Under the pieces are notes generated by a model. That model was not told the origin of the DNA, ran no database searches, and worked only from the letters and a program-made list of their open reading frames with translations. The translations under genes and the position numbers were made by a program. 64,000 nucleotides of DNA, taken from positions 1 to 64,000 of the forward strand of contig KZ538500.1 of assembly GCA_000934665.2 (NCBI GenBank), in the 5' to 3' direction. Source of the DNA: Catajapyx aquilonaris (taxonomy: Eukaryota). The number at the start of each line of letters is the position of its first letter. The first letter of the stretch is position 1. Shown here piece after piece: positions 26,671-43,446 of the stretch.

Positions 26671-27398
26671 GCTTCACAGCCCACTGGATATCAGCAGACC
26701 GATGGTTTTATTACGTAAAGCTACTTCAACTCTCTTGTCACCCTGAGCTGTATTTCATAACATCTCGTCAAGGGCATTGCGTTGAGGCTCAGTCGAAATG
26801 TTGTGGTGGTCAGCGTTGTTCGTCCTTTTCCTCCCCATACTGGGAGTCCCATTGTTGATTTTGGCAACAATAGTGGCGTGGTGCAATTACTACTGGAGAA
26901 GCAGGGGATTTCCTACTGTTCCTTCTATAATTTTTTGGAAATACTTATTCGGGCTGATTTTCCGGACTTCGGTAAAAGGGGACACAGACGCGGAGATCTA
27001 TAAGCACTTGAAAGGAAAGAATTGCGGGGCAGTGACTGACACACTCGGCTCCACTATTTGGATCACGGGCCCCGAACTGGTGAAGAACGTTTACGCGAAA
27101 GACTTTGATCATTTTGTGGACAGACCCAACACCCTAGGATCGGACGATGAATACAGTCTCAATACATTGTTTCTTCTCAAAGGTGAGCTCTGGAAGAGTG
27201 TCAGGAACGTGATGACACCTACATTTACATCTGGAAAAATGAAGAAACTTTATCCTCCTCTCTGCCGCTATATTGATGCCGTGAACGTTTACTTGACCAA
27301 GAAAGCACAAATCGGGGAAGAAATTGAACTGAAAGACACTTACGGCCGGTTCTCTTTCGACGTGATAGCTGGCACTGCCTTTGGTGTTGAGTGCGATT

Positions 27399-27546
27399 CA
27401 AGGGGGTAATCACTTCGGTACTCCGGTGTACACCTGGGAGTGGTACTCCCTGGTACTCCTCAGGCACCTCACTCTTTATTACTCCGTGATACTCCTTGAA
27501 TTTGGTACTCCAGTGTACACTTTTCAGTCGAGTGATTACCCCCTTG
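27399..27546. mobile_element. 148-bp MITE with 8-bp TSD (P-element- or hAT-like)
   Basis: 16-bp TIR CAAGGGGGTAATCACT / AGTGATTACCCCCTTG; perfect TSD GTGCGATT at 27391-27398 and 27547-27554; internal GGTACTCC repeats. Confidence 0.9.
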
Positions 27547-28527
27547 GTGCGATTCTTTCAATAGACCCGACGCACCATTTCCTCGTACGATGAACCAGAT
27601 AACTAATCCTGGATTCGCGACTCTTACGATAATGATGGCACTTGAAACATTCCCCACTGTTAAAAAAACTAGTGAAATTGTGGCGAATTTTCCGAGTGCC
27701 AAACCTCTTTATGATTTTTTGGCCGATGCAGTGAAAGACACAATTGCAACAAGAGAGAAAAGTGGCGTGAAAGGTAATGATTACTTGCAACTTCTTCTGG
27801 ACGCAAGAAAAGGCGAGTTGAAGGGCGACACTGACAGAGTTTCGGATAGGAAATTGGCAGAAGAACGAAACGAATTTTCTAAACAGAGTGAGTACACCCA
27901 CCACACACAGTTGCTGCTTTTTTACCTGAATTAATAATCCCAATTATAAATTATAAATTATGAAAATATTTCAGTACTGACAGAGCCACTTCTGATAGCG
28001 CAGGCAGTAATATTCCTTCTGGGAGGATATGACGCCAACGCAAATGCTTTGGCTTTTTCCTCTTACGAGCTAGCCCTCAATCCAGATATTCAAGAAAAGC
28101 TTTATCAGGAGGTGAAAGAAGTGGCTGCCAAGCACCACGGACAATTCACGTACGAAGCTGTCATGGAAATGCCGTAACTGGAGAAAGTCATGCAAGGTAC
28201 GTCAGACTCAAAAAATTTATTTGTAGTACCTCAACTCGTTGCACAAAAATTATTACTTGCAGAGACCTTACGGAAATATCCTAACGCCACTAGACTCAAC
28301 AGGACATGCACCAGGGACTATCAGGAACAAACCAAGTAATAAAGAAAGGAATGATTGTGACACCTCCCGTCCTAGTCCATCACTATGATGAGCGTTACTT
28401 CCCCAACCCGCATGAGTTCGACCCGGAAAGATTCAGCCCCGAACAGAAGGCGAAGAGAAGCCAATATTTGTTCCAATCATTTGGACATGAACCCAGAAAC
28501 TGCATTGGTGAGTAAAAGTATTGTATA

Positions 28528-29396
28528 TCTTCTTTATCTATAAATAAGGAAGTTTGTCAGATGTTTGTCCCTTATAGAAATCCTGGGGAAGGCCCCTACA
28601 CCACCTTAAATTAGCATATCGGGGGTTACATTTTTCAAGGAATTTAATGCCGCATGTTTCAGCTTCCGAAAATGTACCTAACTCCCACAACACGCATATT
28701 CCCGGATCTTCTCTCTTCTCGGGCCTTAACAATTAACTTACAACAATATATCAATTCAAATTCTCATGGAAATGCCCTTATGCAAGTTCAATACCTAGCA
28801 AATTAAGCCATCGACGATAAATTTAACGCATGCACCAATTGCGCTAATAATTGGCACCTCACGTGAGTTCGTATCGTATGGTCATTCCGGGATTTTGTGG
28901 GATTAGAAAGTAGACTTCCAGACAAAAATAAATACAATAAAATAATACAGTATTTACTAATATTACTCCGTGTTGAAAATATTTCTTCCACCATGCATCT
29001 GTACGTCTGTACGTACATTTCTAGAGCTCTTCAAAGCAAACATATGGAACGAGATGGAGGTGTGAAGTGGGGTTGGGGGGTCAAGGGGTCAAAAATGCAG
29101 GGGGAAAAAACACACGGCTGTGCAGTCTTTTCTTGGGCCAACTCCATCCGCAATCCTCTTTTTGCACATCCAATCAGAATATCTGTGTCGACTACACTAT
29201 AAGACAAGCAGGTAATCTATCACAGAGAGTGACAAACTTTGGCTTATTGCAACTTATAAGGCCTATTTTAAGACATATCGAGTTTCGAGTGTACGGAAGG
29301 GAAATTTTTACAAACAAACACACTTCCTAAAATAGTGTATATGTACCCCTTACCAGCACTCCAACATACCCGGGCAACGCCGGGTAAACCTGCTAG
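28528..29396 (+). mobile_element. Non-autonomous Helitron in intron 3 of the pseudogene
   Basis: 3' hairpin TACCCGG-GCAACG-CCGGGTA followed by CTAG|T at 29393-29397; 5' A|TC start near 28528 (5' boundary approximate). Confidence 0.75.
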
Positions 29397-30143
29397 TCCG
29401 CTATAAAAAATTTCTCCCGCAATCTAAAATGGTTAAAATTCCCCATTCTTTTTGTTACAGGCATGCGATTCGCCATGATGGAAATTAAAGCTGCTATGGC
29501 CAAGGTTGTCCTCAACTTCCGTTTTCACGCGTCGAAGAAGACCGACGTTCCTTTGAAATTTGATCCTGGAGCCTTCGTTCCCACAGCCACAAATGGAATC
29601 TGGATCAAGGTGGAGAAAAGATAAAACTGACACTATACTGACATGTTTATAGCCTATAGCTGTAAGGGTGGATGAAGTGACTGCTTTTAATAAATAAATG
29701 AAATTACAATAAACCAAAAAGTGTCAACCGATGGAATCAGGCGCCACGTCAACCGTTATACCACGCTACCAAGGTGAAGACTGCATTTTAAAAACCTTCT
29801 CTGATATTGTCGATGGTAAGGTAGTGCCTGATGATGGATGACTGGTGGCCGTGTAAATCACTAAAAGGTATCGACATCATGGATAACACACCCTGTAGTT
29901 CACGCTAAGGACCCCAAAGGACGATAAATTAATTGACTAGTTGATATACGATAAGAGGATGTCCTTCGTCCACGACCGATCCCTGAGACCTCAACTGATA
30001 TGGCCTGAAGTCATAACTCTGGTCATATATTGAAATAACTACTGTGCAAATATAAGTTGAGCGTCTCCTTTCTCACTCACTATACGCAGTAGTTGAAAGA
30101 CTGTGGTCAGGGAAGGATAGCAGTTGAACACTGTGCTTGCAAA

Positions 30144-30325
30144 ATGTGGTGAATATTGTTGTGCATTGTTCTTATCCCGCTTGTGGGACTGCCATTGTTG
30201 CTGACGGGTCTGGCGTTGTGGAACTATGTTCTGCGAATACACACATTCCTCCGAAATATAAAATTGGAGCAGCAGTACTGACAGCTAAAGATGGAGTGTG
30301 GCTCAGATTGGAGAAAAAGAGATGA
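30144..30325 (+). pseudogene. Internally deleted P450 relic (start of exon 1 fused to end of exon 4)
   Basis: 30144-30230 matches the start of the gene at 31095 (with TGG to TGA); 30231-30325 matches its final exon (IPPKYKIGA...GVWLRLEKKR*). Confidence 0.88.
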
Positions 30326-31094
30326 AAAATATTAATGTCGCGTCGCGTCGTGCCCTAGTACACCTCACTGATGGTACAGTACATATTTTCATACAGGAAA
30401 GAGAAGGGTGGGAATTTGTTTGATATGATTGTTAGAGTGCAAATACTACGGTACTAAAGAATATTTATTGTCGGCAATGCAATCAAAGGGTTGAGGAGAC
30501 AGCGGATTTAAGTTCGTTTTCCACTGCTCATGAAGTGAAAGTCACCATACCATCAATATTGCCCTTTTTATAGTATGTGTACAAAGAGCCTGGCATTTAT
30601 ACAAGCTAATTTTAGAAATTCCTTTTGGCGTATGTAAAATTGATATTCTCTTCTCTTGAACAGAGGAATGATCTTTCTATGCAGACCATTATAATGTGCA
30701 GAAAATTCCATCATCATCTTTCAAAAACGCCTCCTTCTTGCTAAGCTGCTGGCGCTAGGGCTACAGCCGGGCCAACTCTTATTATAATTATTAAGTTACA
30801 TTCAAGGCAAGCAGTAAGCCGACACTGTATTTCTCTGTGTCTGTTTCACCCTGTAGTACATACTACTTGGCCCCAATGGATAATAAATTAATTGACCAGC
30901 TGATAGGCTTGCCAGAGAGGATGCCCTCCGCCTTGTCATATCCCACTTGACCCTGAGCCCAACTAATTTGACCCAAAGGCGTGACCTTAGCCATATCGAG
31001 TAACTAAAAATATCTGATTGCGCGTCTGTCCTGTCATCACTTGAGAGTACGCAGTAGTCCGAGAAGGATAGCAGCTGAACAGGGTGCTTCCAAA

Positions 31095-33000
31095 ATGTGG
31101 TGGATATTGCTGTGCATTGTTCTTATCCCGCTTGTGGGACTGCCATTGTTGCTGACGGGTCTTGCGTTGTGGAACTACGTTTACTGGAGAAGCAAGGGGT
31201 TTGCGGCAATTTCGGTCCTCGCCTTCTGGAAGTCACTTGTGCACGTTTACTTCAAGACCAAGTCTAGCGGGGACATGGAAGAGTTGACTTACAAGTACTT
31301 CTCCGGAAGGCCCTTTGGAGGAGTGCTGGATATTTTTGGTTCTACTGTGTGGGTGATGGATCCTGCACATATGAAAAACATATTTGTAAGAGACTTTGAT
31401 CACTTCGTGGACCGGACTAGTGACCCAGGAGTTATTGACCCGCACGACTACAACTCTCAAATGGTGACGAATCTCGCCGGACAAAAATGGAAGAGCGTCA
31501 GGAATGTGTTGACTCCAACATTCACTTCCGGAAAAATGAGGCGGCTCTTCTCCCCCGTGTGCCAGTGTGGAGGGAGGTTAAAATCTTATTTGACCAGAAA
31601 AGCAGAATCCGGCAAAGAATTTGAGATGAAGGACACTTTCGGGAGGTACTCCATGGACGTAATCGCAAGTACTGCTTTTGGTGTGGATTGCAACTCGTAC
31701 AGTGACTCTGAGGCGTTGTTTCCAAGAATGGCTAACAAGTTGATGTCTCCAGGATTTATTAAACTCCTCGTAATGTTACTGAAAGTGCTCCAACCTGGAA
31801 TATATCGGTTTGTAACCAACAAGATGCGTGTTCCTCTGCCGGACATTAATTCTGGCAATGTATTTTTTGCCGATGTTGTTAAAAGTACAGTGGCAGAGCG
31901 TGAGAGAAGTGGGGTGAAGGGAACTGACTTTCTTCAGCTTCTTTTGGACGCCAAAAAAGGTGAACTTCAGGAGGATACAGAATCGGACAGCGTGATAGGC
32001 TTCCAGGCTGATTCAGACAGGAAAGGCACGGAAGAGCCGAGGACTCTTTCTAAAGCAAGTACGTCGTAGGTACTTAAAACAGTGCTCTAGTCATGAAGCC
32101 TGCACGGATTGCTTACACCAAGAAACAATAAATGTTGTGTCTTCTCTAAGCTGTAGTTGGTCGAGTGAACTGTCTAGGCCCTAGGGCATATTTTAATGTT
32201 TCAATTTTTACACAAATTTGTACTTATTTCAGGACTGACGGAGCCACTGGTGATTGCACAGTCGATAATATTCTTCATAGCTGGGTACGACACTACAGCA
32301 AATCTACTCAGCTTTGCCATGTACGAGCTAGCAGTGAATCCCGATGTTCAGGAAAAACTCTACGAAGAAGTGAAGGAAATGGCTGATAGGAACGACGGCC
32401 AACTCAGCTACGACGACATAATGGGAATGGAATATTTAGATAAAGTTTTCCAGGGTATATATTGGTCATGACCTAGCAAATATTTGACCATGAACTGACC
32501 GACTCTTGCTCTTTTTCAGAGACCCTCCGCCTCCATCCTCCAGCTGCCAGGCTCTTGAGGCAATGCACCAAAACCTACCAGATCCCAGGAACAAACCAAA
32601 CAATAGAGAAGGGAACCAGTGTCATATTCCCAACTTTTGCGATTCACAGGGACGAGCGGTACTACCCTAACCCAACCAAGTTTGACCCAGAGAGATTTAG
32701 TCCAGAGGAAAAGGCAAAGAGGAACCCTTACGTGTACCAACCTTTCGGACACGGACCCAGAAATTGCATTGGTGAGACAGCATTCCATATTCATATGGCA
32801 AGCCAGTATTAATATGCAAATAATTTTCTCTCAGGAATGCGCTTTGCTCAAATGGAAGCCAAAGCAGCCTTGGCCATGAGTGTTCTAAATTTCCGGTTCC
32901 ATCCCTCTGCGAAGACACAAATTCCTCCTAAATATAAAATTGGAGCAGTTGTGCTGACAGCTAGAGATGGACTGTGGCTCAGAGTGGAGAAAAGAAATAA
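31095..33000 (+). CDS. Cytochrome P450, CYP3 clan (paralog 9); exons 31095-32058, 32233-32454, 32520-32771, 32835-33000
   Basis: MWW start, [36 protein letters not shown]. Confidence 0.92.
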
Positions 33001-34345
33001 CTGAAAATGGATTACCTGACATATCTCATTGCAGGTTGCTTAATAACGACGTGGAACAAAATCCGCCTCCTTTGGAATATTTTAATACAATGTTAACAAT
33101 ATAGGCTAGTAATGAATGTAAATACTCGTAATCAACATGCAATCGAAGCTGCTGCATGCCTATGAGTAAGGCATATCAATATTGCTTGTTCAACGCAAGT
33201 AAGTTACCAATTCCTATTTTATTGCTGCAGTGCAAGCTGCATGAGTGCGCGGTTCACTAATAATGTCATTTAAAATTTATTTGACGTTGACTTAGATTTT
33301 AGACTAACTTACATAAAGATTCGCGACAGGGAAAATTATTCAAAGTACTTACAACATACGATAAGGCGTGCCCACAAATAATTCGTCACAATTATGTAAT
33401 ATTATACAATAGACGTGTCCTTATCTGTTATGGCTTATATTTTTGACCATATTAAACACCCAGGCAGTATCTGTTTCGAAGTGCCTAAAAGCATAAGCAG
33501 TTTAGTAATAAAAAATTGCCAATCAATACGAAAAATTCAGACGATTCGCATTACGCATTATGTAGACACAATGTAACCTTGCCCGATCCACTTGGCTGTA
33601 TAAATAAACCGAGGGCATGACCGAGGGCGTCATTTTGTCATGGCAAATGGCAGCCTCATCTATCTTATCAGTCTGAAGGACTGGGGCATCCCTTATTGGC
33701 ACCAGGATGTTATCATGAAAAGAGCAGTTTGTATTTTAACAATTTGACTGTTGGACACGTAAAAATTTGTTATAACTTATTGCCTTTCTTGTTAAACTAT
33801 TGAACAAAATGTATTCTTATCCTTGAAAATCGCGAACAAATTAGGAATATTGGAGGCATTCGAGCAAGATAATGTAACAGGCCAGGGCAGCTCCAATCAC
33901 TGCGTACTGTACAGTATGTTCATGCTCTGATAAATTTAAAAATTACCTACCTACTTGTATCACTGGCAAAGTGACTTGAAAAAAATGCTTGTTGTTGTTT
34001 GGTGGCGGGGGAGGAGAGTGTGCCTCTTCCCGACCCTTTTTACTTGTATTGGTTTCCTGCCAAAACTTGTGCTTAAAAATAGGATGCATCATTTCCTGTA
34101 GATAAACTGAACTGACATTACATACCCTGACTCGCAACACTATTCACATTTGTAACCTTTTTGTTATTCAGTAATAATACAGCCGAAAAAAGGCTAATTA
34201 AAACAGACCTCGACTTTTTCCAATGATAACCATGGCCTTGGTGAAGTTCGCCGCTTGTAAACTTGGGTATATTCACGAGGTCAATATTACCCCAGACAGT
34301 TTGTTGGTAGGAGTAGTAGGACTGGACCGTGTGACAGGCAAGAAA

Positions 34346-36331
34346 ATGTGGTTCACATTGTGTTTCGTATTTCTCTGTTTGGGCTGTGGGGCTGCATTGT
34401 TGGTGACTGGTTTTCTGGTGTGGAGTAGCAGGTATTGGAAAGCAACAGGATTCGAGTCTTTACCTGCCACTTTTTTCTGGAAGGAATTCTTTCGGTCTTT
34501 ACTTGTCACCAAATCCAATGCGGACGCAGATTTGGCTGTTTACAGGTATTTCTCCGGACGCAAGATTGGAGGCCTGATTGACATTACAGGTCCTAACTTG
34601 TGGATTATGGATCCAGACCTCATGAGGAATGTGTTTGTTAAGGACTTCGACCATTTTGTGGATCGACAGACGTTTGATTTCGGAGAGGAATCTGTGTACG
34701 GAAATTTGGTATTGGTTAACCTCACTGGTAAAATGTGGAAGGACGTCAGGAACATTATTACACCCACCTTTACGTCTGGAAAAATTAAGCGAATATTCGA
34801 GTTGGTGCAAGGGAGTACATATCAGCTGAACGATTATCTGGCCAAAAAATGCAAACTTGGAGAAGAGGTGGAGATGAAAGACGCGTATGGAAGGTTTACA
34901 ATGGACGTGATTGCAAGCTCTGCCTTTGGAGTTGATTGCAATTCGTTCCAGGATCCGGATGCGACTTTTCCCAAGATGGCTGACAGGATGTTGAACCCAG
35001 GAGCGTTTGGATTCCTGATATTTATAGTCAACTTGCTTTTCCCGCGGACGATGAACTTTCTGAGAAGAATGTACGTTCCTCTGCCTAATCTGGAAGAATC
35101 GCTTTATGATGTGGCTGACGTGGTGAAGGACACTATTGCGGAGAGAGAGAAACATGGCATTGTCAGGAGAGATTTTCTGCAGATGCTGCTTGCTGCCAGG
35201 AAAGGAAAATTGGAAGAAGAAGAAACAGATCACGACGCAGATTCACATCAAGATTCACCTTCAAAAACAGGTAAGATACGTAGTTAGGCTCTGATAACAA
35301 TTTGCCCAAAAATTACTGAGCTATTCCTATCAAATTTACGGATATCAGTGATCTATACGTTCTTATTTCATAGGCATTTTTGTCATTCTAAACCACATAC
35401 CTGTGACACAAGTTACTTAGATATGATTCTACGTATTGAAAAAAAATGTGGCAAAATGGGAGCTTCTTTGTCATCATATATTCGTACTGTGGCTATTTCC
35501 CGTTCCAGTTTTGACCGAACCCATGCTGATTGCCCAGTGCATAATATTTTTCCTTGCCGGATACGAATCGACATCCAACGCCCTTTCATTTGCCGCCTAT
35601 GAATTGGCTCTCAACCCGGATATTCAAGAAAAACTGTACGAAGAAGTAAAGAGAGTGGTGGACGAGCACGACGGTCAGATCACATATGATGGCATATTGG
35701 AAATGGAATTCCTCGACAAAGTCCTAAGTGGTAGGTTCCACATTTGGTTACTTGATTTTTCTGTCTGATGTTTCTAAGTACACATATTGATTGCTTTCAT
35801 TATAGGTCTAATAGTTATTCTTTATTTAAGAATCATTGCGACTTCACACTCCTTCGCCAAGAATTGATAGGAAGTGCACCAAAGATTATCATATTCCCGG
35901 AACTGATATGGTGATTCATAAGGGTACTTTGGTCACATTTCCTACTTTGGGAATCCATCAAGATGAAAGGTACTATCCGAACCCAACCAAGTTCGATCCA
36001 GAACGATTCAGCATAGAAGAAAAGGCCAAAAGAAATCCATACGTCTACCAGCCCTTTGGACACGGACCACGCAATTGCATAGGTCAGGTCAACCACAATT
36101 TATTATTGTCCTGCAGTTTATATTAATTAGCCTTCTTTACCTTGATTCCAAATAGGAATGCGGTTTGCCCTGATGGAAGTCAAAGCAGCTCTGGCGAAGA
36201 CTGTACTCACCTTCAAGTTGCATCCTTCTAAGAAAACCGACATTCCTATGAAATACGCCTTTGCTGTAATGGTCATGAGAGCCAGAAATGGAGTTTGGCT
36301 CCGATTGGAGGAACGAAACGTGGATTATTAA
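34346..36331 (+). CDS. Cytochrome P450, CYP3 clan (paralog 10); exons 34346-35270, 35509-35730, 35831-36082, 36156-36331
   Basis: MWF start, [36 protein letters not shown]. Confidence 0.92.
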
Positions 36332-37528
36332 TACATCCACATTGTATTACCGGTATTTATTGTTACGTGCATTCATACTTCGTCTCTACCAAGATTTTGT
36401 ATTCAAAACATACAATGCCACACTANGGGGGGGGGGCGAGAGACAGCTTTTACGTGTCATATCAGATGAAGGTCAAGTGCAAATATTGCATCGACCAGGC
36501 AACCTGAAGGGCAACCGTTACGTCTTTCGTCCCTGAAACGAGAGGTGCGAAAAGGTACATTCTGAGTCGTACAGGGTTTATGGGAAATGCCGAACTAGTA
36601 CTGATGTGCACTAACTTCCTACGTATACTGAGACCTGCTTCACTAACTGATGTTGAATTTTTCAGGCCACATATAACAGAGAGGATTATCATTTCCTGAT
36701 AACTGAGTGGGATTTTTTGAAATGTTTCTTTGATCTCTTGTGTGCTGCCTTTATTCTTATTATTATGAATAATTTAATGTGCCATATCTAAAATAAAAGC
36801 TCCCACATCAATCTGTTGTACTTACAGGTATTACTTTTCCTGTGTCATAGGCAATTCATGACACTGTTTGGTCTGCGGACAAAACCTAATTTTTTATTCG
36901 TGAATTTTCACTGTAGAATTAAGAGTAATTTTGAGCAATGCCTACGTCAGTAAACAAAACGCGCGTCAGGAACAGAGTAGACGCACTCATTAACTTTGAA
37001 ATTATAAAGCAAACGGATTATAGGTTTTACCTTGAGACAGCTCCAAAAGTGTTATTTACGTCTGTATTTTAATTATATTTTCGTTAACATCGTGACACTT
37101 TGTTTTGGTTTCAGGGATCGAAGTCGCATATGACAAACTCTATGTAAACACTACCCGTTATCTACACTATGATAATGATGGTACAGGTCAGAATTTCATA
37201 ATGGTTCCAACGAGAGGTTTTACTATCTTGTACCTGTACTCCATGCAATACTTTCATGGTACTGTATCTAATCAATGCAATGGTCATGCGCGAGGTAAAG
37301 TCGCAAATGTGTGGGCTTACATCAGCTGCAGAACATGATATCTAGAGCAGAGAGATATGGAGGCATCACGTGGCCACCATTAGTCAAGGTTTACCCTTTG
37401 TTAGGTCATACTTTCATTTACAAGCATCAGGAAACGGTACCGCAGCGCAGTTGTCACCTGAAGGCCAGTTGAGGCAGATGCTCTCTCAGTGTAGCTCGGC
37501 CCTGTAAGTTGCAAGATTCGGTGCAAAA

Positions 37529-40044
<2,516 letters not shown>

Positions 40045-40778
40045 AAATGGTGTCCATACACAGTTAATTAAATGGTGTAGAAAGAAATGTAGACGTATTA
40101 TAATAATATTTAGACGTAAAAATCAGCACCATATTTCCTGCCGTGTAATATTCAGCATTATTTTCCGAGATGCTAGGGCATGTTTGATGATTTACGTAAA
40201 TTGGGCATGAGTCAAAAAATTATACCATTCATCCTGAGACTGATGACACTCTCGTTCGTGATTATGGAATACCTAATAAAAGTCAGTGTGCGATAATAAT
40301 GCCATTTTATATATGCCTTGTGTGATTGCAAAATGAATAAGAATTGGTTCCATGAACACCGATTCAGAGCAATAATATTTTGTGGCAGAGTGATCCCACA
40401 GCAGCACTTCTCAGAGCACGAGGGATAAGTGTCCGAAAGCATCAGTTAGAAATAATTCACAATATTCCTGAGAGGGGAGGTCGTCTATTCAAAGAGCCTG
40501 TCCTCCAATTTAATAATCGAATAATGCAATGACTCTAATTTTTATCAATATATTGTGATGGCCATTTCAGTCTCAGTTTTTAAACATATATTTACAATAT
40601 TTTTTCCATAGGCTATCACACATTCTAGACCTTGGTCCCCTTAGACACGACCTTGGTGATTTCCTACAGTGTATAGATAATATTCCCTATCGGGGTATCC
40701 ACACAACTTCAGCTTTGCAACGCAGTTAAGCTAGTTGTACACTTGTACTGCAAAATACTGTGACTGGAAGTAACAAAA

Positions 40779-42611
40779 ATGTGGTGGTTTTTGTGCTACT
40801 TGTTTCTTTTCGCTGTTTCTGCCATACCGTTGTTGGTGACATTCTTTATAGTGTGGGGTAACAGCTACTGGAAAAAGAGGGGATTTGATTCACCGCCAGC
40901 CACCTTCTTCTATGAAAAATTCCTTCGCGCTATATTCATACAGAAATCAAAAGGCGATGTTGATGTGGAAGTTTACAAGTATTTATCGACCAAGAAGATA
41001 GGAGGAGTGATGGACTTGGTGGGCCCGAGCCTATGGATTGTTGACCCAGATCTCATGAGAAATGTATTTATAAAAGACTTTGATCACTTTGTAGACCGTT
41101 TATCAATCGACTTTGGTAATGAGGCTCCATATGGGAGACTGATATTGGCCAATCTTGAGGGACAGCATTGGAAGGACATCCGAAGTGTCATTACTCCGTC
41201 ATTTACGTCTGGAAAGATAAAACAAATATTTCCGTTAGTGTGTGAGACAGCTGATCAGTTAAAGGATTATTTTTCTGCGAAATCTAAGCATGGAGATGAC
41301 GTGGAGATAAAAGACGCCTATGGAAGGTTTACAATGGACGTGATTGCCAGCTCAGCATTCGGAATTCAATGCAATTCAATCCAAAATCCCGATGCCCCAT
41401 TTGCCAAACTGGCTGACACGATGTTTCACCCAGGAGCATTCGGATTCTTTGTATTCATAATGACTATTATTTTTCCTCGAAGCATGAAGGTTTTGGGTAA
41501 AATATTCTCTTTGCCTAATGCTGACACAATCTTGTACTCACTTGCCAATGTTGTGAAAGCCACTATTGCCGAGAGGGAACGAAGTGGGATTGTGAGAAAA
41601 GATTTTCTGCAACTTCTTCTAAACGCTATGAAGGGAAAAGAGGAGAACGAAACAGAATCAGATCATGCGATTGGTTACAACGCCGATGCGCATCACAGTA
41701 GTTCAGCCTCTTCAAAATCAGGTGAGCAATTGGCAAATGCCAAGAACGCTGTACATTTCTGGGTTAATTTGTCTTTCAGAACTCGCCAGGTGTGTTCCAT
41801 TTTAGACATGGTTTTGCTTTCTTTTTAAGTAATAAGTTGTTTACTTCCTTTCAGTTTTGGACGAACCCACCTTAATCGCTCAATGCATACTGTTCTTTGT
41901 GGCTGGGTACGAAACTACAGCGACTACCCTTGCATTTGCCACGTATGAGCTGTCACTCAATCCTGATCTCCAGGAGAAGCTGTATGAAGAACTACAGAAG
42001 GCGGTGGACCAGCACGATGGACAAATCACATACGATGGAATCATGGGAATTGAGCTACTGGAGAAAGTGCTCAATGGTGGGGTCAAACTTCTGAACTGTT
42101 TAACACTTACAAACGTAATTCCTTTTCAGAAACATTACGTTTGCATTCTCCGGCACCGAGGATGAACAGGAAGTGTACCAAAGATTATCAGATTCCCGGA
42201 ACTGAACAGGTCATTCGAAAGGGAACTTTGGTCATATTCCCATCCTTTGCTGTCCATCGTGACGAGAAGCACTTTCCAAATCCAACCAAGTTCGATCCAG
42301 AGAGATTCAGCCCAGAAGAGAAGGCCAAGAGGCATCCTTACGTCTTCCAGCCCTTCGGCCACGGCCCTCGAAACTGCATAGGTCAGGTCGCAGGTCACTG
42401 TCACAGAGTCGCAAGTAACCATGCTGTTCACCCTTCTATAGGAATGCGGTTTGCCCTGATGGAAGCCAAAGCTGCTCTAGCGATGACTGTTCTCAACTTT
42501 CGTCTTCGCATTTCCAAAAGGACCGACGTGCCAATGAAATATTCAATTTCTTCCATGATTATGACTGCCAGAAATGGAATTTGGCTTCGATTGGAGCCCA
42601 GGATAAATTGA
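40779..42611 (+). CDS. Cytochrome P450, CYP3 clan (paralog 12); exons 40779-41721, 41855-42076, 42130-42381, 42442-42611
   Basis: MWW start, [36 protein letters not shown]. Confidence 0.92.
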
Positions 42612-43446
42612 TTTTCACCCTTTAACCACTTATATTACGGTACTACCATTTTTATAATGTACCGTAACTGTGTTCTTTAATAATAATATTCAATATTTTA
42701 ATTAATTATATGGAAAGCTTGAAATAAATTTTCAAAATGCAATACTGACCATGCATGAGGAGATACTGTTTTTTTACTCATTTTTGACGCTTTCCCGTCC
42801 CTATCATTCCCTGAAAAGTGCACTTATATTTCATAATTCGTAATGGTTAGCTTTACCATTGTTTTCCCCTTGCAAAAAAACCTTCTTATGCATCAAAAAT
42901 CTCGCCGATATTAATTATAAAATACAGCATGCTTCCTCTCATCCTTGCATAATGTATCAATATTTGACCGTTTAACCACCTTTTGGCCACCGTATCACAT
43001 GAATTCTTGACACCCAGGGTTTGTCTAGAAAAGTGCTTTCTTCCTAGCAGGTAAAGAACCAGAAAAACACATTTTGAACTTGAACTTCACATAAAAATTC
43101 GCGATGTTCCCTTGTATGTCGTCTATACATGGCCATAAAATGGCCATCTCTGTATCTCCTAAACTAGAGCCAATCGACAAATTATAAAAGCTTACGAAAA
43201 TTTTAGATACGATATCGACGAACTTGTACGATACGGCATTATACAATATGTTTCGTCCAATATACTGTACCTGTTGATACAAAGGCTATCACGAGCATTT
43301 TTCTCCTAATAGAGTACATAGACGATCATGGTGATATAGAGCTGATAATATTCGCTATCAGATAAGTCCCCTGACTACAGATTTGCAAACTCGCAAGCTA
43401 GCTGGTACATTCCTATACTGCAGCCCATAACTGCAGGTGTCTAAAG

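Larger units (their letters stand above)
26798..29624 (+). pseudogene. CYP3-clan P450 pseudogene (paralog 8)
   Basis: Exon 1 interrupted by a 148-bp MITE; in-frame TAA at 28175-28177; frameshifting deletion near 28320; heme motif altered to SFGHEPRNCIG. Exon 4 (29461-29624) is still open. Confidence 0.9.
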
